Source of the DNA: Oopsacas minuta
Lineage: Eukaryota; Animalia; Porifera
Reading direction: 5' to 3'
NCBI GenBank assembly: GCA_024704765.1
Contig: JAKMXF010000222.1
Location: 1,281,192-1,345,191 of the forward strand
Length of the DNA stretch: 64,000 nt
In this document: positions 12,731 through 25,439 of the stretch, one piece after another
Position numbering within the stretch: position 1 is the stretch's first letter
How the letters are laid out: each line of letters starts with the position of its first letter
Position numbers and translations under genes: made by a program
Notes under the pieces: generated by a model
The model's input: only the letters and a program-made list of their open reading frames with translations
Database searches by the model: none
What the model was told of the DNA's origin: nothing

Positions 12731-13428
12731 TAGTGGGGCGGATATGTCGACTAAATTCAACGAATTGTGAGATTTGTCATAAAGCCATGCAAATTGGCAC
12801 AGTCATAAATCATGTTCTAGAAATGAGTTTTAGCTATGGACTCATTTTGAAATCACCGTATATCAACCTTGGTGGGTATTTTAAACACCATTTTTGGACA
12901 CATTTTGGAAAATTACAAATAACCATAACTTCTACAATACAATATATATCTAATCCCATTTATATATCGATATTCGTAATCAGAGTAAAATTTCGCGTCG
13001 TTTGAATTGTCACTCGAAATATGTTTAGGAATATTATGATTCCCTAGCAACGCAGGAATGCGGCAACATTCTATTCTCAAAATTTGGCTAACCCCATCGA
13101 GTGATCACTCTTTCGTGCCGCTAGGTAGCTGAGTGTAGTTTTACACATATCGAATGATCTTTCAAACAATTTAACAGGATCGTCTCCTGCGGCCTAAAAT
13201 TATCTTGCAAGTTTTTCACATATTTCTTACAGATTCATAATGTCATCGTCTGTTTTTGTGAGAAATTTTCCAAATTGTTCCCAAAAGTGGCAACTTAAAT
13301 ACTCGGCAAGGTTGATATACGGTGATTTGAAAATGGCTCCATAGCTTAAACTCATTTCTTGGACATAATTTATTACTGACAATTTGCATGCTTTTATCCC
13401 ACAATTTATTTACATATCCGCCCCACTA
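12731..13428. mobile_element. Long-TIR (foldback-like) non-autonomous DNA transposon
   Basis: Perfect 17-bp terminal IR tagtggggcggatatgt / acatatccgccccacta (may include a TA TSD), continuing as ~190-bp imperfect inverted arms. Confidence 0.85.
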
Positions 13429-14269
13429 TTTGACATATTAAGTGGTCGCAAATGATTCCTCATATTAGGAAACTCCAAGAATTCTAATTTGCAATTAATA
13501 TAAGCTTGTCATTTCAACATGAGAATAATATGCTGCAGCTGGCTTTCTTCTTCTCTAGCCTTTTGGCGACATATATGGCAGTATATTTAGTAGGAGATGA
13601 TCTAGCTACTAACAATAACATTCATAGCATACTCTTTATGGGATGTGATATAAAATGGTTTCTTCTCCATTATCTTTGTTATCTTCTCCAATCTCCTGTC
13701 CATACCTGTAATTCTATTAAGTTAGCTTTCATAACCTGAAACCTATTGACCATTCACTAACAATTTGCTAGCACTAATTAGAGCCATAAAGTCTTTCAGG
13801 CACTCTATTGTCACATCATATTTGTTTATAGTTTTGTTGACAAATCTCTATCAATACAAATATGATTTCATAGTCTTGACTGATGTTAACTAAAGTATCT
13901 TTCCCAAGCAATGATAAAGTACTTTTTATGTGACTGGTTCATAAATGTATTAAATACAATGGAACTTCGTTAATATGAACACCAACGGACAGTCAAAACT
14001 TATCTCTAAGTATACGTAATAGCAGTATTGGGAGCTTATAATAATTATTTGTGATGTATATTGTATAACCCAGTGTAACCAGCATATTTCTAGTGAAATG
14101 GTATTTTAAAATCTATTTAATCCAGTTTTGTTTTTCTGGGTTACATATCCATTTCAAGTGCGTCTCTGATTGTTACGATCGTAACACAGTGATACTTGAA
14201 CCTTTGTTGTATAAAGTTTAACTCATGATCGTTAATATACTTATTCACACTATGTTATGTTCATATTTA

Positions 14270-14646
14270 CCAACCCTTTGAAACTATTTACCTGGATTCC
14301 TTACTTTCTGTGCAAAAACTAGGAATTTTCCCTCTTTTATGAGAAAAAAAAAAAAATATCCAATAATTTCCTTGGAATTTGCAATTTTTCCCCTAAAAAT
14401 CAAATCCCTGAATGGTTGGTAAGTTTGTATCTTGTAATTAATTAGCCAACTCTAGAATATATTATACAAAATGTAATTAATTGTATACGATATTTTAATA
14501 ATAGCATACTTACCAATGTAACTGTTTCCCTGTATATTTTTCTCAAAATCCCTGGATTTCTAATTTTGTATGCAAATATTATGAAATTTTCCCTCTTTTA
14601 CTCAATATTTCCCCCTGGATCATAAATCAAATCCCTGTATGGTTGG
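14270..14646. mobile_element. Two neighbouring ~140-150-bp copies of a TA-flanked MITE (14270-14419 and 14513-14646)
   Basis: TA|CCAACC...GGTTGG|TA for copy 1; copy 2 shares ccctggatt, aattttccctctttta and aatcaaatccctg.atggttgg. Confidence 0.6.
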
Positions 14647-14945
14647 AGATGATTGAATACTTTCGAATGATCAATAACTTGAACCGATATCTTTCATGCG
14701 TTGCTAATATGTCCTGAAAGCTGTTTTTATTGTAACTTAGGCATATTTGTCTATCGACAGAAATATTCTAAACAGCTGACTATAATTTGTTCATGATTAT
14801 TTATTGTATACGAATGATTTGTAGTAGGATAGAAGAGTTTTGCTTCGTGCATGGCGGCATTGTTTCCATATAATATTTAATTCAAATGTGAACAAATGAG
14901 TGTACTAATACCTTTGACATATTTAAATATTCATAATATTCTTGT

Positions 14946-15106
14946 TACGTTCGCGCTTCTCTTGCTCTCGCTACACGGTTTCCAACACTTCGTGTCCGCA
15001 CTCGGGCCTACGTCCCTCGAGTGCATAAACTCATAATCTTAACCGTAGCAAACATGATACTGTCATAGTCCATAAACAAACAACAATCGAGATTTAATAA
15101 TATAGA
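14946..15106 (-). mobile_element. Short Helitron family B, copy 1
   Basis: Reverse complement aligns along its length to 61949-62112; A|TCTATATTATTAAATCTC start; 3' end decayed. Confidence 0.75.
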
Positions 15107-15355
15107 TTCTTGTCTAATCAATTTATTATTATTATTACTATTGAGCGATTGTTCTTGACTTTTGTCTACTTTCTCGACTTTGAATATATGTATGTAAAGA
15201 CTCAATTTTGTCGTAAAATTTGGAATCAGATTATCGTACTTTTGAGATTGTAGTACGTGAACTTTGAATTGTGTTTTGGATGGAAATTTCATCTTTGTTT
15301 AATGTATTAATTATTTGGATTCATAGCTATTTCATAACTAGCAATTTATCTTTTA

Positions 15356-16765
15356 ATGCGAGGCTGTCGTGTACTATTCTCCATCACATTTTGGGTAACA
15401 TTCGTGCCTTGTGTCTCTATAAGCATATTCACAATCTATTATCTTGTCTATTCAGGCTATTACTCATCCATAGATCTTTTCACCTCAAAGAAATCCATTC
15501 ATCTATCTCATCTCTACGATTATGATACAAGCACTGTTACCAAGGATTGTATGATTACACCTCAGATACAGTTACTTAATTATCCACCCACGTACACTTT
15601 TATTAATAAGAATCCCATCAATGTACTCAGAGAAATTTTATCAGAGAAATCATGGATTTATATTGACCCAAAATTAAAACAATCTCAGCTCCTCAGTTTC
15701 CTAAATAGAATTGATTTAATATTAACACATCCTACTGCTTATGTATTACACAAGACAGCTAAGATATTCTCTCAGCTCAGAGATGATGGTACTCAGTACA
15801 TTAATTGTATTGATAGAATGTATAACGTTACTGGGAACAAATATGTGCAGAGAAGAGTTATGGAAGATTTCGCGAGTAGTAATGGCTGCTTCCTGGACAG
15901 CCTGGGTATAATGCCGAAGACATTTTTATTAGGAGAATTAAACGAATGTAAATCTTTCTTTAGATACTCTAAGCGAGTAACAAACAGTTGGATATTGAAA
16001 CCTTATAGTGGGGAGGGAGGAGACGGTATAACGGTACATTCTGATGTTAGTAGTTTGAAGAATAAGTTTGATTGTAAAGTATCTAAGAAATATCTAGTAC
16101 AGGAATACATCAAGCCTCTTCTGTTGGATGGAAGGAAGTTTGATGTACGAGCTTATTTCTTAATAGCTCGTACAGATCCATTTCTGGTATTCTATCATCA
16201 TGGATATCTTAGATTATCTCTCAAGAAGTTTGAGATGAATACAGATATTGCCACTCATCTTGTCAACACTCACGTACAGAGCAAACACCGGGGATACAAA
16301 AATATAGCTCATAAACACATGTGGACGTTCAAAGAATTTCAGGATTATCTTACTGCTAACGAGTTAGTTGGGAAAAATTGGGTTGAAATGGTATTAGAAA
16401 AGTTTTTGAAAAGAGTTGCAGTTTATATATTTAACTCTGGAATAGATTTATATGCGAGGAGAAGAGGTAGTTTTCAGTTGGTAGGATTGGATTGTTTGGT
16501 AGATGATAAATTCCGTCCTTGGTTCACTGAAGCTAACAATTACCCCTTATGGATAGAATCAATACCAGAAGACGTACATAATGTGTCTGCTAACTTGGGG
16601 AGAGATATGCTAGACCTCGTGTTCATGCTGCATCAGGACCCTCCTGCTCATCCTCTATACCCCGGATACTCTTATGGTGGATGGAAACTGTTGTATAACC
16701 AACAAGTACAGAGATGTAACCCGGATCACTCACCTTATCAACCTTGTCATGATTTCCATTCTTAA
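15356..16765 (+). CDS. Tubulin-tyrosine-ligase-family ATP-grasp ligase closest to TTLL10, with an N-terminal hydrophobic signal anchor
   Basis: WILKP.SGEGGDGI, LVQEYIKPLLLDGRKFDVRAY, HHGYLRL, THLVNTHVQ, FQLVGLDCLVD and WFTEANNYP (ExN intact); residues ~6-32 are hydrophobic after MRGCR. Confidence 0.85.
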   Translation: MRGCRVLFSITFWVTFVPCVSISIFTIYYLVYSGYYSSIDLFTSKKSIHLSHLYDYDTSTVTKDCMITPQIQLLNYPPTYTFINKNPINVLREILSEKSWIYIDPKLKQSQLLSFLNRIDLILTHPTAYVLHKTAKIFSQLRDDGTQYINCIDRMYNVTGNKYVQRRVMEDFASSNGCFLDSLGIMPKTFLLGELNECKSFFRYSKRVTNSWILKPYSGEGGDGITVHSDVSSLKNKFDCKVSKKYLVQEYIKPLLLDGRKFDVRAYFLIARTDPFLVFYHHGYLRLSLKKFEMNTDIATHLVNTHVQSKHRGYKNIAHKHMWTFKEFQDYLTANELVGKNWVEMVLEKFLKRVAVYIFNSGIDLYARRRGSFQLVGLDCLVDDKFRPWFTEANNYPLWIESIPEDVHNVSANLGRDMLDLVFMLHQDPPAHPLYPGYSYGGWKLLYNQQVQRCNPDHSPYQPCHDFHS

Positions 16766-17930
16766 TCTGCAGTCATACTCTCCTCAATTTCTTCATACTT
16801 TTCAGGTTAAGTGATGTCATCTCGTCTATATTTGTAGTGTTGTGTTTTTTATATTTTAATATAGAAGATTTATTTGATGGAAATGTGGGATCGAAATACA
16901 TGGGCTTTTATTCTTTTAGATTGTAATTGCTTGATATACGCCTGAAATTTATTTATCATGTGACAAGTGATAGCTGACCGCCTGAATCATTACCGAATCC
17001 ATATTTTGAATTGATCGTGGTCAAATGCTGCACTAAAAAAGTACTAAATTCGACAAGACTGTGGCCCATGAAACACAACAATTCAGTCCGGATTGGTCAA
17101 AAATAAGTTCAGCATTTATAGTGAGTAATCCCTTGTGCATGAGTAAATATAGATATTCCAATTCGATTTGAAAGTACATTGCAAAACGATATCCAGGTCA
17201 TGAGGAAATTACGGATGTTCCAATTTGTAATTAGTTAAAGACAAAGTTGAAACCGCTCAATCTGAATATCATATCAGTACGTATTCATGAACAGCTGTCT
17301 TACTGAATATCGAATTCTGATATTTTATTTTCGTTGGATAATAAAATTATTAGTTTGGAATTTACTTCTGAATACATGAAATTGTATCTGTCTGTTGCGC
17401 TTCCTTTTCTTATCAAGAAGAGCATTGAACTGATTTCTCGTAAATTTGTGTTGATTCAGCAAAACAGATAATCTCGCCTCCATTTTTCCGAAGATTCTTC
17501 ATAGGAATCGTACATTTCACTAATGCTGAATTACATTGCCATTCTGCGTATGAATACCATAGCCTTATTAGCCTACGACTCAGAATGAAATTGTATGTCA
17601 GCGAAAATTCTTGACTCCTAATTAATTGTTGTATATATTTATCAGCATCGTGGAAAGCTGTGCATGCATCGCCATTGCTCGAGGGCAGAATTTAGAATCC
17701 AAATTTTCATATGTATAATTCCATTGAAGACATTATTCTACTGGATTGGATTCCTACTATCATTTATAACATATCTTTTAGATGTGTTGCTTGATTCATG
17801 TGTGATATATTTGTATACTTGTTCTGGATCTGCATGCCATACACATTGGATCATATTACATTTTAAGAATAAATAATTAGCATTGATCCGTACTGCATCA
17901 GGACGAAACTATCCCAATAGTAGAATAATA

Positions 17931-19526
17931 ATGTCACGAAAAGATAATCTATTCGATGAATACAACATTGTGGATGATAACCCAGACCTCCATCCTGATG
18001 ATAACTTCTTCATGAAGAGTCCACCAGCTGTTAAGTTTGAATTAGACGACGAATTGATGGAAGTGCGCCAGAATGACGAGTTTGACCATAATGACATGTC
18101 AAATTCCTTTCCAACAGAAGTGAATCCAGATGACATTATTGAAAATATAGTCCGTTTCTACTCCCTCTCTTATGGAGTAGATGAAACGGAGATTGTATCA
18201 GTGTTTCAGAGCGATATCCCTGACCTGAGCCCGGATGATGCTATTATCATTAAGCCCAGTAGTGGGAAACATACCTGCACTGCATTTCTGAATCTGGGAA
18301 GTAAAGAGGAAGTACAGGCAGTATTGAGACATAATGGAAGCATGCTAAGAGGTAAGTCGTTGATGATGATGCCCTCTACTGAGAGGGAAATACAGAAATG
18401 TCAGGACCACGCAGAAAGAAATGATTCCATCCGTTCCAACCCAGTTAAATCAGGTCATAACAAGGGCCTAACACAGATTAGAACTCAATGCATCCATATG
18501 AAAGGAGTTTGTCTTACTTCTAACCATAACGCTATTCGTCGATTTTTCGAGCCAATCCGTATCCCCTCCCAGAGTGTTTTCCTAATTCCTAGACAGTCAG
18601 GAGCATCTTCTCTAGAAGTATACGTGCAGTTCCGAGAAATAGAAGATTGTGAGAGAGCTCTCACTAAGCACAGATGTGATTTAGATGGAAATGAGGTTGA
18701 TGTGTACTCTGTGACCAAGAACAAGATGCTAGAAGCTATAGAGGAGTATGGTGTCCTAGATAAAGGTCCTAATTACAACAAATCAGAGTATGTAGGCTCT
18801 GACATCATAGATGCACGTCTTAGAGCTAGACAGGAAATATTGAAGGAGAGGGGTAGGATACGTTCCCGATCCCCTGTCTACAGGTCCAGTGATTACCATC
18901 GATCCAGTTTGCTGTCTAGAGATAGAGACTCTGACGCTTTGTCTAGACTACAGGAGATAGACCTGTTGAGAGATAGGGATAGACGAGATAGAGATAGAGA
19001 TAGATACAGTGATAAGGATAGGAAATACGATATTGATCGTAAAGAATTATCTTCTATGGTCTACGGTAGTAAGAGAGATCGTATTGGTGACTCTTTACAG
19101 TCTCGATACTATTCACGTGAAGACGACAGAGATTTAGAATCCAGAAGATACTCTTCTAGAGATGAAGAGTATAGGCAATCTCCTCATAGCAAGAGATTCA
19201 GTCGTAGATCTCCTTATTCTGACAGACTACCCGCATCCACCAGCAGATCCAGAGACTTAGGGAGCTACAGCACTGAGTTTAGTAAGAATCCTATCGTCAG
19301 ACTAACTGGCCTATCAAGCGAAACTCTCATTTATGACATAATGGACTTCTTCCACGGTTTTGAATTGAAAATCGATTCTATTCGTATTCAGTGTAACGAT
19401 TATGGAGCACCCAATGGAAAGGCCTTTGTACGATTCCCTTCGTTTTCACAGGCAATGCTAGCTATTGATCAGTGCAAAGGCAAAGAACTGGGAAGTTCCC
19501 GTAGTCTTGAAATGTCTCTAATTTGA
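17931..19526 (+). CDS. RBM12/hnRNP F-H/ESRP-like protein with three quasi-RRMs and an RD/RS-rich linker
   Basis: QCIHMKG...IRRFF...VYVQF...ERALTKH...VTKNKML and terminal IMDFFHGF...GAPNGKAFVRF...LGSSR resemble RBM12 RRM4/5; ATG at 17931. Confidence 0.75.
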   Translation: MSRKDNLFDEYNIVDDNPDLHPDDNFFMKSPPAVKFELDDELMEVRQNDEFDHNDMSNSFPTEVNPDDIIENIVRFYSLSYGVDETEIVSVFQSDIPDLSPDDAIIIKPSSGKHTCTAFLNLGSKEEVQAVLRHNGSMLRGKSLMMMPSTEREIQKCQDHAERNDSIRSNPVKSGHNKGLTQIRTQCIHMKGVCLTSNHNAIRRFFEPIRIPSQSVFLIPRQSGASSLEVYVQFREIEDCERALTKHRCDLDGNEVDVYSVTKNKMLEAIEEYGVLDKGPNYNKSEYVGSDIIDARLRARQEILKERGRIRSRSPVYRSSDYHRSSLLSRDRDSDALSRLQEIDLLRDRDRRDRDRDRYSDKDRKYDIDRKELSSMVYGSKRDRIGDSLQSRYYSREDDRDLESRRYSSRDEEYRQSPHSKRFSRRSPYSDRLPASTSRSRDLGSYSTEFSKNPIVRLTGLSSETLIYDIMDFFHGFELKIDSIRIQCNDYGAPNGKAFVRFPSFSQAMLAIDQCKGKELGSSRSLEMSLI

Positions 19527-20584
19527 TGCTAGACCAACTAACTAATTACTAATTCCTGAATCAGTTTATTCATGCATTGCTTTAGCTATCTCTACTCTCT
19601 AGCCTTACTGTTAGAGATTAATTCCAAGTCAGAAGGGTACCTCTCTTCCTGTGTTTGTACTTTTTGTTAAGTTTTGTGTATTGTCTTTTTGCTAAGTAAT
19701 TATCAATTCGGGAATTAGAAGGACCGTCTTGGCTTGGAAAGTAGTTTCATTGCCATTGAAGATTTGGATTATTTCGTATGCATTTTGCTTTCATTGACTG
19801 ATTGTTATTTCATCACCCGGCCCTGTTTTTAACTTCCAGTGTTTTAAATACAGGATTTTAATAAGTAGCATTCCAATTCAGATCCATTCTACTTGGCATA
19901 TCTTTACAGTCGCTGTACACCAATGAATATTATTTCCACTGAATCCACACCTCTCCTCCTAGAATAATTGAATTACAGCAAATACGATTTATAGCAAGTA
20001 GGCAGAATATTGGTAAACCAATTTTGGTAAGGTTGACTAGTACTATTTATATTAGCAGTCCAGATGTTGATCCGGTTAAAACCTACGGGTATGATACGTA
20101 CGTGTGTACTATGCTAGTATATATCTAAACGAGCAAACATTCTGCAATTTCCCTTATGAAGCTGTATCGTAAGTTTAGGCGTGTAGATGCTGAGGATACC
20201 ATTTTCGGTGTATGTGGTAAAGAAGCTGGATAAAGCCAGGTATATATCTTGCCCTGGATTGGAATGGTTCTGTAATTTGTGATATAATCCAAATATACCT
20301 TCTGGAATTCCGTAGCATATAATTATTGTGTCATCTTAAATATCCTTTACATGCTTTCGTATAATTTTCCAGATTCTGTCATATAAAGTAGAATGTAGAC
20401 AAGGTTAGAATAGTAGGGCAATTTCCGATTGAGTAGTTTTGTAACTACGAAATACTGTAGTATATTCCCCTACATACATACCGCTACCTGCATATGAGGT
20501 AATATCAGCCTTGTTATTGATGCCATCCATCATGTTGCATGCTGCGTCTATTTTATCCTATTTAATCTTCATAAGCTCGAGTTA

Positions 20585-23500
20585 ATGTATAAGAAGAAGT
20601 ATATAAGAGGACAAACTAAACCCAAGCGTTCTTTTCAGAAAGCTTCCCATCTCCGTAAGAGTCGTTGGGCGAAAGAGCGTGCTGCTATTGATAAAGTACA
20701 ACAATCTATACAGGAGCTTAAACCTCAGAGTATAACTTCTTTCCGTCAAATCCCTCTCTCCTCTTTGACTCAGGAGGGACTGACTTCTTCGGGATTCTCA
20801 GCTCCCACCGACATCCAGAGAGAAACATTACCGATTGCGCTTAGGAGTGGAGATATACTGGGCACTGCAAAAACTGGTTATTATTATATTTGATTATTCA
20901 TAACGTTATATTATTTCTTATTATATTATCTTATTAGGATCTGGAAAGACATTAGCATTCGTTATACCAGTATTAGAGTGTTTATGGAGAGAACAATGGG
21001 GGGCAGTAGATGGTGTAGGAGGTATTGTAATATCTCCTACCAGAGAATTAGCATTCCAAACTTTTGAGGTTAGTTTATTCCGATTAGGTATGTAGTGTTT
21101 TAATATTAATCAAACAGAAATTAATTGATTGATATACAGTCAAATCAGCTCTGTATAAGAGTCACCTGCACATAGCGCGCATATATAGCGATCACATAAA
21201 AGCAGTCCCCTAGATTTCCTTCATAATGATCTAGGCCTCTCAATAGCTGCCACCTGTACATAACGACCACTTTTCCCTCGGCGACCGTTCAAGTTTGATT
21301 GTAATTTTTATATGAATTTAGATTGTCTTGAGTGTACCGAACAAACCATACAAAATGAATAGAATAATGTATGGTGGAAGTTGCATATAATAACGTTAAT
21401 CGTGTATGACTGACATCAGAGTATCTGGTGAAGAAAGTCACTCGAAAGAGTTCAGATCACTGATTTCCGCTCCTGTATTCTATTTTAAACTTCATTTGTG
21501 TTATCTCGCTCGGCTACACTCAGTAAATGTTACATAACATGAATCTATTTTTGGGAATAAGGAATATTATAATACTTAGTCTTGAACATTCTCTGACACA
21601 CGTATTTTGCTGCTATTCAAAATTTCGAATTATATCATGTATTTAGGTTCTCCGTAAGGTTGGAGTCAAGCACGAACTATCAGCTGGACTAATTATTGGT
21701 GGTAAAAACATTTCTGAAGAACAGGATCGTATATGTGCAACTAATATACTAATATGTACTCCGGGGAGACTGCTACAACATATGGATGAAACTCCTGCCT
21801 TTGATTGTAGTAATCTTAAGGTTAGTCCGGGGTTAGTGTGGTAATACTATATGGGTATACTATGAGTGTTTAGGGACTACAGTGGGGTATATGGTCACAC
21901 GGCCCCAGAAATAAGCGGATCAAGAACACTGCTAATATTTGCGTCTTCCTGCCATGTATATTCATGTCTGGATGAAAGAAAACCTTCCGTCTAGCTATTT
22001 TAAATTTGGCTGCAATTTATGCTTCTTTTCTCCTGTAATATTACCCTGAAACAATAAATTATTGATGTTAGGAATACGAATAGGAATACGAATATAGAAG
22101 AAAATTGATGCATTTTATCTACAATAAATTGAGATTTCAACTAGACAAAATGTAAATTTCAAATTGATGAATAATTTTTATGAATAATACGTAACTAACT
22201 TATGTAAATAGTACAAACACAAAGATTGACTTAAATATATCAAAGCCTTTCAAATTATAACTGAGTGGTAAGGTTATTTAATTTATTTCACAATTTTAAT
22301 TCAACTGTTATATTATAAATGAATAGGTGAAACTATTTCATTAATTGAGTTGGCCTAATTATAATTATTCTATTCTCTATTTTATTCATTAAATCTTATT
22401 AATACTAATATTCCATTATTATTAATTATGTAAATATTTCATTTCAGATACTCGTGTTAGATGAAGCTGACAGAATATTGGATCTAGGATTCAAAGACAC
22501 TCTTGACTCGATACTCGAGAATCTCCCTGCTTCCAGACAGACCCTCCTATTTTCCGCTACGTTTAACAAATCAGTTCATAATCTAGCTCGTCTCAGTCTA
22601 AATAACCCAGATTATGTGTCAGTCCATGCAGCAGACCTTCAGGCTACTCCTTCTAATCTTACACAGAGCTATGTTATCTGTTCTCTTGAGCATAAACTCG
22701 ATTTGTTGTTCTCTTTTATAAAAGCTCATCTTAAAAGTAAAGTGCTAGTTTTCATATCAACATGCAAGCAAGTGAGCTTTATAGTTCAGATTCTTACTAG
22801 TATAGTGGTATAATAATAATATAGTGATTTCCATTAACGGAAATAAATACTCTCTCTTGTTAGGTGAGATTCGTGTATGAGACTTTCAGACGGATGAGAC
22901 CAGGGATACCCCTGCTAGCTCTGTTCGGTAGGATGAATCAGACCCGTAGAATGTGTGTGTATCAGAGCTTCTTCCAGCGGGATTCTGCTATCCTATTCGC
23001 TACTGACATTGCAGCACGAGGACTAGACTTCCCAAAAGTTAACTGGGTGTTCCAATTAGATTGTCCCCCGAATACGGACGAGTATATTCATCGAGTAGGC
23101 CGTACTGCCCGCTACCACTCTGGAGGACAGGCACTACTAGTCCTATTGCCTTCTGAGAATAAATTCATAGAGTTATTAGAAAATAATCGTTTATCCCTGA
23201 CTCAAATAAAACCAAATCGAGCTCACTTATTCTCTATCTCTGAGAGATTGTCATACTTCTGTGCAGAAGATAGCTCTATTAAGTATTGGGCACAACGAGC
23301 ATACGTTAATTATATAAAATCAGTAGCAAAAGAGAGTAACAAACAGGTGTTTGATATAACTCAAATTCCACTGGAGAAGTTCTCTCATGCTATTGGTTTG
23401 CCTATAACTCCTAGAGTTAGATATCTGAATAAGGTTATCAGCACCAAACAGGAATCTAACATACAAGTAAATGAGGATAGAGAGGAATCTGTTTCTGATG

Positions 23501-24060
23501 AAACAGCTGTTCCTCAGGTACTGTTGCATATCAAACGAAAACTGTCTGAAGTATTTGATGATAGTGAAGAATTAGATTTAGCATTAGTACCAAAGAAAAG
23601 GAAAGTGACTTCTCAAATAGCAATTAGTAAAAAACTTTTGAAGAAGAATATTAGACTAAATTCTAAGCTAGTGTTTGATGAGGAAGGTAACGTATTAGAA
23701 GCTATTAAGTATGGTAAGAAGATTGATGCTAGTGAGCTGATAGGCAGTAAAGATAAGAAAAAGAAATTTAAACCTGGGCTTGATCTGTCCGAAGCTAGAC
23801 AGAGTCTAGACGATCAGCTGGAGGGAGACAAAGAAAGAGATCATGAGAGAGTTACTGCTAAGCATAGAATGATTAAACAGAAACTAAAGAAGTCCAAAGT
23901 GAGAAAGTTGTCACCAGGAATAGAGGCTAGATTAAGAGATAGTGATTATTCCCAATCAGATACTGAGTCTACACCTGCACGTGATGAGTCAAATGAAGTT
24001 ACAGTAGATTTGACAGATATTGAGGATACGATATTAGCAACGATTGGTCATACACCATAG
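20585..24060 (+). CDS. DDX10: DEAD-box helicase DDX10/Dbp4; exons 20585-20876, 20938-21068, 21647-21820, 22448-22771, 22864-24060
   Basis: GT-AG junctions rebuild [57 protein letters not shown] and HRVGRTARY. Confidence 0.95.
21137..21301. mobile_element. pogo/Tigger-like MITE in DDX10 intron 2
   Basis: TA|CAGTCAAA...TTTGATTG|TA; internal ccacctg..ataacgaccac motifs shared with 24225-24420. Confidence 0.7.
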
Positions 24061-24172
24061 CTTTTGGTTAGTTCTTTTAATTATACTATATCAATATAAT
24101 TATTGTGTCTATTTCTGAAGATACATCCACAGGTGTACTGTTGAAACTAATGAACTTCACAGCTCTATAGCT

Positions 24173-25439
24173 CAGTGTTTCTCATCTTTTTAGCCTGGGC
24201 CCCATAATTGTACACATATCTAAAAACAGTCCCCTCCGATTTCCCATTAAAATGACCTCTGTATAACGGCCACCTGCTCAACGCGGGCAGCGGCCACCAA
24301 TTTTGGTCCCTTGCTGACTACAAACATGTCTATAACGACCACTACCTTTATCTAATGGCCAATCCCTTTATCTAAAGGTCACTTTACAAGGTGGTCGCCT
24401 CCTATAAGTTTACTTTGACAAGTCCATTGGGTAGCCATCATTACTTGCACTATATTATCTTTAATATCGATCACTTGTCTTAAAAGTCAACTTCTCTATA
24501 TCACCACCATTAACATAAAGTTACTACTCACACTAGACAAAACTACAAAAACCTTGAACCATTAAGGTTTTGGCAAGTTTTGGTGTGACATTAGTCTCAT
24601 TAGCCCTCAACACATGTTCGAAAAAGCGGGACGTCTTATGTTATTATCTAATCTATATTATTAAATCTCAATTGTTGTCTGTTTGTTTGTTCGTTGTCAA
24701 GGAAAGGATTTACGGTATGCAATTTTTGAAATTGTCGCATAACTATGTATTTATCGTGTTTATCAAGGAAGTAAATAAAATTCAATAAAACTTCACCAAA
24801 ATATATCGAACATGCTGAATCCGATGTTCTCACTTTTAGATTAATCATATGTAAATGTATTGTTTTTTTTATGAATATAAAGTAAACAAATTTCAATGTT
24901 GTTGTAGAATCATACTTTCAACGACTATCCTGCGGTAATCGAGTATGCTGAGTCTGAATATTGTAAACAACATCAATATTATTAAATTTCAATTGTTGTT
25001 TGTCCGTTGAACACCTCGAGGAGCAATTCGCTGAGTTCATCGCGAAGCGACGAGCCAAATGCTCGTTATTTATAATAATTGAATTATTGAATGGCGGAGG
25101 TGGTCACGGAAGCATCTATGCAGGTATAAACACTAATTCAGTGTGTAAGGTAGATACCCCCTCCAACCAACGTAGGAGTTCCTCAAAATGACCTGGAATA
25201 ACATCCAAGTAGGTATGGTCACTAATTCAGAGTAAATCCCCACTACAAACCTAGCCAGTAGTGCTAAAATACCTGGAACAACGACGAATATCTCCGAGAC
25301 CAATTTTATCGTGTAAATTCTTCAACGACCATCTTTCCGTCAACGGGAATTAATACGTGTAGATATCGCGATTGATTCTATTATAATATCTAAATATCGA
25401 TCATTTCAAAAATTTCTGGGCCTACTTTGAGAAACACTG
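24173..25439. mobile_element. Non-autonomous Buster/Charlie hAT element with nested insertions
   Basis: Perfect 12-bp TIR cagtgtttctca / tgagaaacactg; ctctatagct duplicated on both sides; contains a pogo-like fragment and a Helitron. Confidence 0.85.
24652..25065 (+). mobile_element. Helitron family A, copy 2 (nested in the Buster element)
   Basis: A|TCTATATTATTAAATCTCAATTG...gcgaagcgacgagccaaatgCTCG|T. Confidence 0.85.

Noticed and set aside
17360-17660. Coding-like relic on the minus strand
   Set aside because: Multiple stops and no recognisable motif.
19700-20420. Possible minus-strand gene or transposase relic between the RBM12-like gene and DDX10
   Set aside because: Manual translation gave only short, stop-broken frames that I could not assign to any family.
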